Shown here: one piece after another, positions 1 through 9,246 of the stretch
Layout: each line of letters opens with the position of its first letter
Numbering within the stretch: the first letter of the stretch is position 1
Virus record (IMG/VR): IMGVR_UViG_3300033153_008530
Span: 23,012-87,011 of that record
DNA from: a virus
Strand: one strand, 5' to 3'
DNA: 64,000 nt
Made by a program: the position numbers and the translations under genes
The notes under the pieces: generated by a model
Seen by the model: only the letters and a program-made list of their open reading frames with translations
Told to the model about the DNA's origin: nothing
The model's database searches: none

Positions 1-71
1 GTTACTGCAATAAATAATAATAATGCAAAAGTAGTCTTACGACCACCACAGAAATTAAATAACTTTTCCAT
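1..71 (-). CDS. Partial small membrane protein, possibly holin-like (runs off window start)
   Basis: ATG at 71 on - strand reads MEKLFNFCGGRKTTFALLLFIAV: basic RK followed by a hydrophobic stretch, with an A/T-rich leader; not in the ORF track. Confidence 0.4.
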   Translation of the reverse strand, partial: MEKLFNFCGGRKTTFALLLFIAV

Positions 72-109
72 AATTTTTAATTTAAAATGTAACATAATAT
101 ACAGAAAAT

Positions 110-595
110 ATGACACTTAGAAAAATAAAAATAAAAGAAGCTGAAGAACTTATAGATAGTTTTAGATCAAACTTTAAAGAATTAATAGGAACAGACGTAA
201 TAATTAAATATATGCTTAAAGACGATTATACAAAAGAAAATCTACCCATATTGAATCTTATTGAACTTGAAGAAATTGTTAATAAATTTCTATTAGAAGT
301 ATTTCCAAGTGGAATAAAAGATACTATTAAATCCAGAAAAGGTTCATATATTATGTATAAACACATATTTTGTAAACTTGCATATGATATGAATCACACA
401 ACAGTTGAAATTGGAAAATATTTAAATCAGACACATTCAACAGTATGTTGTGGAAAACTTAGATGTAAAGATCTTTTATTCTCTAGAGATAAAGAATATG
501 TTGAAACATATACTAAGATAGTAACCTATATAAAAATAATTTATGGATATGATGACAATGTACAACATACTGATAAAGAAGAATGTAACACCTAA
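110..595 (+). CDS. DnaA domain IV (C-terminal HTH)-like DNA-binding protein
   Basis: KSRKGSYIMYKHIFCKLAY..TTVEIGKYLNQTHSTV resembles the DnaA domain IV pattern SRxxxxxxxRQ..EIGxxFxxDHSTV; no AAA+ domain. Confidence 0.6.
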   Translation: MTLRKIKIKEAEELIDSFRSNFKELIGTDVIIKYMLKDDYTKENLPILNLIELEEIVNKFLLEVFPSGIKDTIKSRKGSYIMYKHIFCKLAYDMNHTTVEIGKYLNQTHSTVCCGKLRCKDLLFSRDKEYVETYTKIVTYIKIIYGYDDNVQHTDKEECNT

Positions 596-1136
596 TCAAT
601 TCTATTTGATGTATTGTATTAAAGAAAATCTTGATACACCCTTAATTAATATATCACTTGAATTAAGATTATTAAAGAAAAATGACTGGATAGATAACCA
701 AAATACTCTATTACCAAAAAGTCTAAAACTTATTGATGATATAGAAAGTTATTTTAAAGTTTCTAAAACTAAAACAAACAAAATTATATTAGGTAATAAG
801 TTTAGTGATAATATAAAAATATATAGAGAACTCTTTCCTAAAGGATTGTTACCACACGGTAAACCAGGAAGAAGCTCTATTAAAAATTTAGAAATAGGAT
901 TTAGATGGTTTTTTAAAAACTTTTCCTACACATGGACTATTATATTAAAAGCTACTGCAATTTACGTTGATGAATATGAAAAAGCCAACTATAAATTTAT
1001 GCAGACATCACAATACTTTATAAGAAAACAAGCAAGTGATAAAAGCTGGAACTCAACATTAGCTGATTATTGTGAAATTGTTGATTCTGGTGAAGATATA
1101 GAAGAAGATACACACTTCTCAGAAAATGTAGTATAA
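543..1136 (+). CDS. Putative replication initiation protein
   Basis: 197 aa; wHTH-like N-terminus and helical C-terminus (YRELFPKG..ILKATAIYV..MQTSQYFI); lies just upstream of the helicase. Function is inferred from position and architecture. Confidence 0.4.
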   Translation: MDMMTMYNILIKKNVTPNQFYLMYCIKENLDTPLINISLELRLLKKNDWIDNQNTLLPKSLKLIDDIESYFKVSKTKTNKIILGNKFSDNIKIYRELFPKGLLPHGKPGRSSIKNLEIGFRWFFKNFSYTWTIILKATAIYVDEYEKANYKFMQTSQYFIRKQASDKSWNSTLADYCEIVDSGEDIEEDTHFSENVV

Positions 1137-1318
1137 TGGAAAAAACAAAAACAAAAACAAAGTCACATTTTAAAAATATTTTTATAGGAATTATATGCTC
1201 ATTATTAGCATTTACACTGATAAATCTTTTGATAATTAACATTAGCATTTATCAATATATATTCCTTGAAATATGTTTTGTAATGTGTCGTAAATTACAT
1301 ATATTAGCACAAGAGTAA
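1136..1318 (+). CDS. Small membrane protein
   Basis: 60 aa; basic N-terminus plus long hydrophobic segment(s); TAATG overlap with the upstream stop. Confidence 0.45.
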   Translation: MEKTKTKTKSHFKNIFIGIICSLLAFTLINLLIINISIYQYIFLEICFVMCRKLHILAQE

Positions 1319-1364
1319 ACTGACGATACTCCTATATATGCTATAAACCAATAAATTTAACTAT

Positions 1365-2396
1365 ATGTCAAGTATGGCCCTTAAACCGTGGAAAAAACAA
1401 AAGGAAGGGTTTGAAGATTCATTAATATATTTAAAAGGCAGACAGAAAGGTATAATCACAAGTATCAAAACACCTTGGTTAAAGGTAAATGATGCAACAA
1501 CAGATGGTATAGAATGGCATTCTATGACTGTTATTGGTGGAAGACCAGGTAGTGGCAAGACGTTAATGAAAGATCAGCTTATAAAAGAAGCTTTTCCTTT
1601 AAATCCAGCGGAGAATTTCAGATGTTTAGAATTTCAATTAGAAATGCTAGCAAGAACATCTGCAATCAGAGCGTATTCAAGTGAATTAGGAGTTACATAT
1701 AAATATTTATGTAGCGCTGATGGTAAGTTATCTGAAAATGACTTATCAAGATGCTATGAATATGCTAAAAAGAGGATTAAATATCCTATAGATATTGTTG
1801 AATTAGCACCAACAGTTGAACAATTAAAAAATATAATTGAAGATTATATGAATGTACATAGTAAGTACATTGAAAAGACAATTAAAAAAGAAGGGGTTGA
1901 ACAAATAGTTAAACTTAAAGAGTTTACTAAAACTATTATAACTCTTGATCATTCAATATTAATAAAATCTGCAAAATCACATAAAGGAAAACAAGATACT
2001 TTATATGAATTAGGTGAAGTACTTACTGAACTTAAAAGAAAATATCCTATAGCGTTTATTATTCTTAGTCAATTAAATAGAGGAATTGATAAACCAGAAA
2101 GAAATGAAGATGGAAAGTATGGGAACTATGTATTAGATTCAGATATATTTGGAGCTGATGCTCTATTGCAACATGCTGATACTGTGATTGGTCTTAATAG
2201 ACCAGGTAAGCAGAAAATACGTTTTTATGGCCCTGATAGATATATCATTGAAAATGATAAAGTACTTGTTATGCATTTTTTAAAATGTAGAAATGGAGAC
2301 GCAAGAATGAGTTTCTTTAATGCAGCATTTGAAAGAATGTCAATTGAAGAAATGGCAACTCCTCCTACAATGGATAGAAGATCAAATAGAATGTAA
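1365..2396 (+). CDS. dnaB: DnaB-like (SF4) replicative helicase, ATPase domain only
   Basis: Walker A GGRPGSGKT, FQLEM, ITLDH, LSQLNR, SDIFGADALLQHAD, KCRNG; lacks the DnaB N-terminal domain. Confidence 0.9.
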   Translation: MSSMALKPWKKQKEGFEDSLIYLKGRQKGIITSIKTPWLKVNDATTDGIEWHSMTVIGGRPGSGKTLMKDQLIKEAFPLNPAENFRCLEFQLEMLARTSAIRAYSSELGVTYKYLCSADGKLSENDLSRCYEYAKKRIKYPIDIVELAPTVEQLKNIIEDYMNVHSKYIEKTIKKEGVEQIVKLKEFTKTIITLDHSILIKSAKSHKGKQDTLYELGEVLTELKRKYPIAFIILSQLNRGIDKPERNEDGKYGNYVLDSDIFGADALLQHADTVIGLNRPGKQKIRFYGPDRYIIENDKVLVMHFLKCRNGDARMSFFNAAFERMSIEEMATPPTMDRRSNRM

Positions 2397-2397
2397 A

Positions 2398-2922
2398 ATG
2401 AATTTAGAAAAAAAGAAACCAACACCTCAAGAAAGAAAACATATTACAGAAGAATTAAGAAAAAAACATAAGCCAATTTTTGATAAATTAGATGCACCAG
2501 ATGCATTATATATCCCTAAAATGGCATATGTACCAAAAGGACTTAATGAAGTGTGTATGGGGTTCTTTGAGAGTGAATTAGATAACGGTGATATTTACAC
2601 TGAAAAAGTAAGTATGAGTATGGAATCAGAAGATCCATCAAGAACATTGTATAAAATAAAATATAATCCTTATTACAAGGATGAATATGCAGCAAGTGAG
2701 CCTAATAACATTACGGGTAACGTAAGGTATTATGTACCATTTGCGGAAATGGAGGTAGTTCAAGAACCTGAAGAAGAAAGTGAGTTTAACTTAATAGATC
2801 CAGATGAAGACATGCCTTTAGACCAAATGACTATGAGAGATTTTGCTGCCATTGTGCTGGTTGAACCAGTGAGTAAAAAAGAATGGCTAAATAAGATAAT
2901 TAAGAATGTAAATATAAAATAA
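2398..2922 (+). CDS. Hypothetical phage protein
   Basis: ATG at 2398 directly after the helicase stop; C-terminal QMTMRDFAAI segment; operonic position. Confidence 0.7.
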   Translation: MNLEKKKPTPQERKHITEELRKKHKPIFDKLDAPDALYIPKMAYVPKGLNEVCMGFFESELDNGDIYTEKVSMSMESEDPSRTLYKIKYNPYYKDEYAASEPNNITGNVRYYVPFAEMEVVQEPEEESEFNLIDPDEDMPLDQMTMRDFAAIVLVEPVSKKEWLNKIIKNVNIK

Positions 2923-2939
2923 CCAACAAATAAGTAAAT

Positions 2940-3623
2940 ATGGCACAAAGTATTTTGATCATTGCTGAGTCTGGAGCTGGTAAATCCACTGCAGGTAGGC
3001 ATTTAAATCCAAAAGAAACATTTTGGATAAACGTAGCAAATAAACCATTACCATTTAAGGGATGGAAAAAGAAGTATAAAAAATTAAATAAAGAAAATTT
3101 AGATGGTAATTTATCATCTGTTGCAACACCAACTGGTATTATTAAGGCCATGGACTATGTAAGTAATGAGAGACCTGAAATTAAAGTTCTAATTGTAGAT
3201 GATTGGCAATATATGTCAGCATTTGAATATTTTGATAGAGCAGATGAAGTAGGTTATGCTAAGTTTACTGACATTGGTAAATGGTTAGCCAAAGTTGCAA
3301 AAAAACCTATGTCATTAAGAGAAGACCTATTTATATTTTTCATGACTCACTCTGAAGAAACAACAGACTATAAAGGAAAAAGAAAACAAAAAGCAAAAAC
3401 AATTGGTAAGATGGTAGATGAAAAGCTTACCCTTGAAGGTTTATTTTCAATTGTCCTTTATGGAAAGATAAAACAGAATGAGAATGGTGAAACTGACTAT
3501 GTATTTGAAACAACAAGTGATGGATCAAATACATGTAAAGCACCTATGGGAATGTTTAAAACAGAAGTTATACCAAATGATCTGAAAATTGTTAAAGAAG
3601 CAATTATTGAATACGAAAAATAA
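2940..3623 (+). CDS. AAA_24/Sak4-like P-loop ATPase (recombination)
   Basis: N-terminal Walker A AESGAGKST, Walker B LIVDD, FMTH, C-terminal KAPMGMF; adjacent to the SSB-like gene. Confidence 0.75.
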   Translation: MAQSILIIAESGAGKSTAGRHLNPKETFWINVANKPLPFKGWKKKYKKLNKENLDGNLSSVATPTGIIKAMDYVSNERPEIKVLIVDDWQYMSAFEYFDRADEVGYAKFTDIGKWLAKVAKKPMSLREDLFIFFMTHSEETTDYKGKRKQKAKTIGKMVDEKLTLEGLFSIVLYGKIKQNENGETDYVFETTSDGSNTCKAPMGMFKTEVIPNDLKIVKEAIIEYEK

Positions 3624-3630
3624 AATAAAA

Positions 3631-4320
3631 ATGATTAGTACAAAAAACATTAGTAATGGTGGTTCTATTTCAAAAGTATTAGAACCAGGGAACAAAGTAA
3701 TTAAAATAAATTCAATTAAGCTTGAAGAATATCCTTATAGAGATAATGCATATCATTTTGTAATGCATTGTGAAGGTCAGGATCTTGGGAAAGATTTTGA
3801 AGGGTTTTATATTGACCCCGCTAAACCAAAAACAGGAAGATATAAAGGACAAGTAGGGAATGTAAAAGCTGGTGAATGGGCCTTTAGTGATTTTATCACA
3901 CAAAGCGGTATTGAAATCAGTAGAGATGAAGAGATACTTAAGTTTGTTAAAAACCTTTGTGATTTATTTGATTCAGAATGGTTAGATGCACAAGATAATA
4001 AGCATGAAACTATTGAAGAATTAGTAATCCAGTTTAATGAAGATAAACCTTTTCAAGGTGCCTTCTTTAATGCATGTCTATGTGGTAAAGAATACACAAA
4101 TAAAAATGGATATACTAATTATGATATATTTCTACCAAAGTTTACAAGGAATGGTCTTCCATTTGAACCTGAAGATGTAGATTCATCTATCTCACGTGTT
4201 TATACTTTTGATCCTAATGAACATATTAGAAAGAAAAAAGTATCAAAGGAAGTTGATTCCTTTAAGAAGGAAGAAGAAAAAGAAGAAACTACTACAAAGT
4301 CTGATGATTTTGAGCTATAA
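3631..4320 (+). CDS. Putative single-stranded DNA-binding protein
   Basis: Beta-rich body with acidic C-terminal tail ending DDFEL; lies between the AAA ATPase and primase; ATG at 3631 preferred. Confidence 0.55.
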   Translation: MISTKNISNGGSISKVLEPGNKVIKINSIKLEEYPYRDNAYHFVMHCEGQDLGKDFEGFYIDPAKPKTGRYKGQVGNVKAGEWAFSDFITQSGIEISRDEEILKFVKNLCDLFDSEWLDAQDNKHETIEELVIQFNEDKPFQGAFFNACLCGKEYTNKNGYTNYDIFLPKFTRNGLPFEPEDVDSSISRVYTFDPNEHIRKKKVSKEVDSFKKEEEKEETTTKSDDFEL

Positions 4321-4327
4321 TTAACAC

Positions 4328-4359
4328 TAATGAGGAGGTACTAACCTGCCTCCTCATTA
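4328..4359 (+). promoter_or_regulatory. Intergenic 13-bp stem-loop (weak terminator or RNA processing/stability site)
   Basis: TAATGAGGAGGTA-ctaacc-TGCCTCCTCATTA with one G-U pair; no U tract follows on the + strand. Confidence 0.6.
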
Positions 4360-4373
4360 ATAACCTTCTAACT

Positions 4374-5321
4374 ATGATAAGAACTAAGATTGATATTGAC
4401 AAAATACCATCTAATTGGATATTTGAATATTATTGTAAAACAACTGAAAAATTACATGGACAGGACTTAAAGATACTATCATTATTTAATGAGTCAGATA
4501 CAGTACCTTCTATGTGTATTTATGTTAAAGATAATAAGTATAAATTTAAAGATTTTTCATCTGGTTACGGAGGAGATGGCATACAACTAGTGTCCTTACT
4601 TTTTGATATTAAATCAAAAGACAGAGTTATCCGTAAGATTATTGATGACTATGATCAACAAGAAAATGTAATTCCAAATGACATTAAACCAGTTTCTAAA
4701 TTTAAAATAACATCACATATAAAAAGAAAATGGAATGTTATTGATGCAAAATACTGGTTAAACTATAATATAGATTCAGATATACTTCAAAAGTATAATG
4801 TATTCCCTTTAAAAGGAGTAACTCTAAGTAAAAATATTGATGATAACATTGTTGAATTTAAAAGAACAAATAATCAAATGTATGGTTACTTTAAGAAAGA
4901 TGGTACTCTATATAAAACATATCAACCAAAAGATAAAAAGAGGAAGTTTTTTAATGTAAGTTCCTATATTCAAGGTACTGACCAATTAGAATATAAGAAT
5001 AAAACATTAGTTATAGCCTCTTCATTAAAAGATATGATGTCTATTGACTCATTGAAACTTGCAGTAGATTTGGTTGCTCCAGGAAGTGAAAATACACTTA
5101 TTCCAAAAACAAATATGTCGTCATATGTATTAAAGTATGATAACATGTATACATTATTTGATAATGATGACGCTGGTTTCAGAGCATCAGATAAATATGA
5201 GAGTGTATATGGAATTAGTAGTATATACTTAAATCTTGCTAAAGACGTATCAGATTCAATATATGAATATGGCGCAAATACTGTTAAAAATTGTTTAAAA
5301 CCTTTAATTCCAATATTATGA
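4374..5321 (+). CDS. DnaG-like TOPRIM DNA primase
   Basis: Degenerate N-terminal ZBD-like region (PSMCIY..KDFSSGYGGDGI), TOPRIM SSLKD and FDND motifs, C-terminal KDVSD. Confidence 0.8.
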   Translation: MIRTKIDIDKIPSNWIFEYYCKTTEKLHGQDLKILSLFNESDTVPSMCIYVKDNKYKFKDFSSGYGGDGIQLVSLLFDIKSKDRVIRKIIDDYDQQENVIPNDIKPVSKFKITSHIKRKWNVIDAKYWLNYNIDSDILQKYNVFPLKGVTLSKNIDDNIVEFKRTNNQMYGYFKKDGTLYKTYQPKDKKRKFFNVSSYIQGTDQLEYKNKTLVIASSLKDMMSIDSLKLAVDLVAPGSENTLIPKTNMSSYVLKYDNMYTLFDNDDAGFRASDKYESVYGISSIYLNLAKDVSDSIYEYGANTVKNCLKPLIPIL

Positions 5322-5500
5322 GTAATATTACCGTAGAAGAACTTGAAAAAACATATGATGAAATGATTGAAAAATCAGATAGCCCTTTTGAAAAGAATAT
5401 TCTTAAAGCTGAATTAAAACATAAATTATATTTACTTTCAGTAGGATTGGAGAATATAACACCTCCAGATCCAGAAGATTGTATTGCATGTAGCGGATGA
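5318..5500 (+). CDS. 60-aa protein with C-terminal CxxC tail (PEDCIACSG)
   Basis: ATGA overlaps with the primase stop and with the RuvC start, implying translational coupling on both sides. Confidence 0.7.
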   Translation: MSNITVEELEKTYDEMIEKSDSPFEKNILKAELKHKLYLLSVGLENITPPDPEDCIACSG

Positions 5501-5940
5501 AAATATTAAGCTTAGACATAGCATCTACAACAGGATGGTGTATTGATGAACATCTATATGGAACGTGGGATTTTAAAACACGTAAAGATGAATCAATGGG
5601 TATGAAACTCATTAGATTTATGTCAAAATTAAAAGAAGTATATGAATATGAAAAATTTGATATTGTTGTATATGAACGTCCCGCAGGGAGACATGCTCAT
5701 GCTATTATACATCAGGCAAAACTAATTGCCATACTTGAAAAATTTTGTGAAGAAAATAATGTAGACTACAAATCCTATTCTGCATCTGAAATAAAAAAGT
5801 TTGCCACCGGAAAAGGGAACGCAAACAAACAACAAATGATTGACGCAGCAAAAGCAAAACATAATTATCTTGGAAATGATGATAATGAAGCTGATGCAAT
5901 TCATATGCGTTATCTTATAAAAGACGAATTAGGTCTTTAA
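5497..5940 (+). CDS. ruvC: RuvC-like Holliday junction resolvase
   Basis: ILSLD, VVYE, EIKKFATGKGNANKQQM and DNEADA motifs of the RuvC/RNase H fold. Confidence 0.85.
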   Translation: MKILSLDIASTTGWCIDEHLYGTWDFKTRKDESMGMKLIRFMSKLKEVYEYEKFDIVVYERPAGRHAHAIIHQAKLIAILEKFCEENNVDYKSYSASEIKKFATGKGNANKQQMIDAAKAKHNYLGNDDNEADAIHMRYLIKDELGL

Positions 5941-5958
5941 TTTAAAAAATTAATAATT

Positions 5959-7116
5959 ATGGCATACAATCCATTTATAGAATTGGATGATGCTGAGATA
6001 TCAAAACTTGGTTTTGAGTTCAAAGAGCATCCCTATTTATATTATTCTGAAACAACTGGTAAAAATTTAGGAACCATTTATTCAGTTGATGATAAAATAT
6101 ATAAAACAATAATAAAAATACTTGAAGGAGATTCTAATAATACAATATCTAAAAAAGATAAAGTATTTTTTACTCCAGGTTGTAAACTACCGCAATTTAG
6201 AATTAAGGAATATCTTAAATCTATAAAAGCTACAATGACTAGAGATATGTCTAAAGCAACAATAGTTGTAGGGACAGATGATATTGCTGAAAGTGTTCAG
6301 CATGGAACTAATGATTATAAACAAGCTAGACTTGGTAGACTTCTCTTTGAAGATGATACTTTATGGAGAGTGGATGATCTAGATAATTTTAGTGATGATG
6401 ATATAGAAACATTACATCAAGATATAAGAAATGAAATTGGAGGTTATATTAGTGATAAACTTACAGATGATCAACTTTTAAATTTACGTATGTCTAATGC
6501 ATATAGAAATGAAACCTCATGGTCAGATATTTTTGTAAAAGATAGTGAATATTATCTTTATATATATCCAATAACTCTAAAAATCATTTATGAAGTATTG
6601 GCTAATAAATTACCAATAATCCATGAAGATGACTTTTGTTCTATTGCTAATTCAGGAATGAAATTAAATGATCAAGAGACTTTTAACAGTATACTGTTAA
6701 TGTTAGATAGTCAAGACTCTAAAGATAAATCAATGGCTGTTGAGATGTTATGCAATTGTGATTTTTCTGATGCAACATATGAGCTATGGAAAATAGCTAC
6801 AAAGCATTCACATATTCAATATATTAATAATAGTAAAAATTTGAAATATTTTCTAAATGAGTCTAACTTTTGGAAATTGGGACTCATGAATGAGTCAGAA
6901 TTTATAAGTTATTTAAAAGAGGATAATGAATTAACAAAAGATTTATTTGGAAAATTTCTTCCAGACTTTATGAACAGTGCTTTTGTAGAATGGGAAAATA
7001 ATACTCATATGGAGAAATTTTTTGATATAACATTAACTCTTAAAGATAATTGGAAGGACTATTCCTATAAAAAAGATCATATTACTAAAAAAACTAAAGA
7101 ACATGAAATGGAATGA
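5959..7116 (+). CDS. Hypothetical protein, paralogue 1 (possible BRCT-like region)
   Basis: 385 aa; shares KxDKxFFxPxCxxPxxxxxE..KAT and EMLCNCDF-type blocks with the next ORF. Confidence 0.7.
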   Translation: MAYNPFIELDDAEISKLGFEFKEHPYLYYSETTGKNLGTIYSVDDKIYKTIIKILEGDSNNTISKKDKVFFTPGCKLPQFRIKEYLKSIKATMTRDMSKATIVVGTDDIAESVQHGTNDYKQARLGRLLFEDDTLWRVDDLDNFSDDDIETLHQDIRNEIGGYISDKLTDDQLLNLRMSNAYRNETSWSDIFVKDSEYYLYIYPITLKIIYEVLANKLPIIHEDDFCSIANSGMKLNDQETFNSILLMLDSQDSKDKSMAVEMLCNCDFSDATYELWKIATKHSHIQYINNSKNLKYFLNESNFWKLGLMNESEFISYLKEDNELTKDLFGKFLPDFMNSAFVEWENNTHMEKFFDITLTLKDNWKDYSYKKDHITKKTKEHEME

Positions 7117-8242
7117 ATTTGATAATGTAGTTGTCATTGAAAGTCTTCATCATCCTGCCTCTAAAGAGGAAAAAATACATTATTCTAAAAGACTAATGTA
7201 TAAGGATGGGAATACAGATCCAATGTTAACATTAAATAAATATATACCTCAGAAAAATGATAAATTATTTTTTAGTCCAAGTTGCATCGCACCCAGACAT
7301 AAAGTAAGAGAATGGGGTAAAAAGAATGATATAAAAATAACAATTAAATTAGAAAAGGCTACTGCTAATTTTGTTAGTAATAAATGGTTTTTTAATATAT
7401 TTGATTGGTATATTTCATGTTATGCTACTGTTATAAATGCAGATAACATGATTAAGTTTATTGAACTTAATTATCCTGATGAAAAAGGTATTATAAAAGA
7501 AATTATCAATTCAGGAAAAGAAAATATATTACTGAGAAATTCATATGGTTCTACACAAACCATGATAGGTGACAAAGATACCTATGGATCCAACAATCTA
7601 ACCCAAATAAAAAAAGATGAAAAAGGTATTGTAAAGACCTTTTGTGAGATGTTTGGAACTGGCATAATGAATAATAAATTAAAAAGTAGCCGTTCTGTAG
7701 TTGCAGAAAATAAAGTTAGTGAACTTCGTAGATGTTTAAAAGAAACAGAGAATATTCCTTTATATACAGATACATCATTATTAGATTATTTAACTGAAGA
7801 TTGTGTTACTATTAATGATGAGATGTATATACAACTCAGAAATATGTTTGGTAGTCGTGATCATGCAAATTATGTTATTGGAATGGAAATCCTAGCTAAC
7901 TGTAATTATAGAACGTCTATACTTAAGATATTACTTACTCTTAAGGATTATGGACATGTTATGTATGGTACAAAAGAACGTACTCATGTAAACTTTAAAA
8001 GTTTTATAAAGTTTCTTGATGTACGTGATTGGACCCGTTTAACATTTGATGATATAATAAAGTGTATGATGGATAAAAAATATCTTACAGGAAAATTTTT
8101 AAAAGAGATGATGCCTCTTGTAAAGAAGGAAATGGAAAATAATTCAAATGGTAGATATGATAATTTTACTATTAAAACTATAACTGTTTCAGATGATATT
8201 AAAAGTTATTTTGGAGCACAAATTGAAGAAAAAAATAATTAA
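7103..8242 (+). CDS. Hypothetical protein, paralogue 2
   Basis: 379 aa; KNDKLFFSPSCIAPRHKVRE..KAT and EILANCNY blocks match the previous ORF. Confidence 0.7.
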   Translation: MKWNEFDNVVVIESLHHPASKEEKIHYSKRLMYKDGNTDPMLTLNKYIPQKNDKLFFSPSCIAPRHKVREWGKKNDIKITIKLEKATANFVSNKWFFNIFDWYISCYATVINADNMIKFIELNYPDEKGIIKEIINSGKENILLRNSYGSTQTMIGDKDTYGSNNLTQIKKDEKGIVKTFCEMFGTGIMNNKLKSSRSVVAENKVSELRRCLKETENIPLYTDTSLLDYLTEDCVTINDEMYIQLRNMFGSRDHANYVIGMEILANCNYRTSILKILLTLKDYGHVMYGTKERTHVNFKSFIKFLDVRDWTRLTFDDIIKCMMDKKYLTGKFLKEMMPLVKKEMENNSNGRYDNFTIKTITVSDDIKSYFGAQIEEKNN

Positions 8243-8244
8243 TT

Positions 8245-9237
8245 ATGATAGAAGATAAAATTAAAGAATTTTATAATAAAGATTTCTATTTTAGTTACTC
8301 AAGCTTGAATAAGCTTTTGTATTCTCCAACATTATTTTTTGATTGGTACGTATTGAATCAAAGAGAAGACAGAACAGATAAGCATCTTATTGAAGGTAAG
8401 GTGCTTCATTGTCTTCTTCTTGAGAAAGATAAGTTTGATGATAATTTTATCATTGCACCTAATACAGTACCAACCGGGAATAATAAGGCTATTATAGAAA
8501 GTATATATGGACATTGGTTAAACGATAATAAATCATCCAAACTCAGTGATTTCAAAGATGAAATCATTGACTGGTTAAAATATAATGATCTTCATCAGAA
8601 ATTAAGTTCAGATGAAAAAAGAATAGAAAAGATAACTATTGATAAGAATGTTGTTTATTTTGAACATTTAATAAAAGCATCCGGGAATAAAGACATCGTA
8701 GATGAGGAGATGCTTGAAAAATGTGAAGGATATATAAAAGCTATAAGAGGTTATCAAAAAGCTGTAGAGCTTCTAAGATTAGGAGATAGCAGTTTTGAAT
8801 TAGTTGAAGTTTTTAATGAAACCTTGCTAAAACGAAAATTAACCAAGTTTCCGTTTGGAATTCATGGAATAATTGATAACTTTGTAATAGATCACACTCA
8901 GCGTACACTCTACATTAACGACCTAAAGACCACTCAAAAATCACTCTCTGATTTTCCAGATTCAGTTGAATACTATAAATATTGGCTACAAGCTGCCATT
9001 TATAAAACTCTCTGTACTGGTTACCTAAAAAACATCCAAAAAGAAGATTATAAAATTATCTTTAACTTTATTGTTGCAGATAAGTATAATCAAGTGTATT
9101 GTTTTGAAGTTAGTAAATCAACTATGAGAGATTGGGAAATTAAAACAGCAGAAGTACTAAAAAAAGCGAAGTATCATTACAAAGAAAAAGAATATAAGTT
9201 ACCATATGAGTTTGCCCAAGGAAGCGTAGTATTATAG
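8245..9237 (+). CDS. PD-(D/E)xK exonuclease (RecE/ExoVIII/RecB-like)
   Basis: FSYSSL, GKVLHCLLLE, E..GIID..DLKTT and YWLQAAIY motifs. Confidence 0.85.
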   Translation: MIEDKIKEFYNKDFYFSYSSLNKLLYSPTLFFDWYVLNQREDRTDKHLIEGKVLHCLLLEKDKFDDNFIIAPNTVPTGNNKAIIESIYGHWLNDNKSSKLSDFKDEIIDWLKYNDLHQKLSSDEKRIEKITIDKNVVYFEHLIKASGNKDIVDEEMLEKCEGYIKAIRGYQKAVELLRLGDSSFELVEVFNETLLKRKLTKFPFGIHGIIDNFVIDHTQRTLYINDLKTTQKSLSDFPDSVEYYKYWLQAAIYKTLCTGYLKNIQKEDYKIIFNFIVADKYNQVYCFEVSKSTMRDWEIKTAEVLKKAKYHYKEKEYKLPYEFAQGSVVL

Positions 9238-9246
9238 TTAAAATAT

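Noticed and set aside
2320-5317. ORF-track starts at 2320, 3589 and 5291
   Set aside because: They overlap upstream genes unnecessarily; ATGs at 2398, 3631 and 5318 follow or couple to the upstream stops and are preferred.
7989-8005. 16/17 match to the palindromic box (TAAACTTTAAAAGTTTT)
   Set aside because: Lies inside a CDS (HVNFKSF), far from any start; plausible by chance in AT-rich DNA.
8245-9237. Cas4 or CRISPR association of the PD-(D/E)xK nuclease
   Set aside because: No four-Cys Fe-S cluster pattern, no cas genes and no repeat-spacer array seen in the window.
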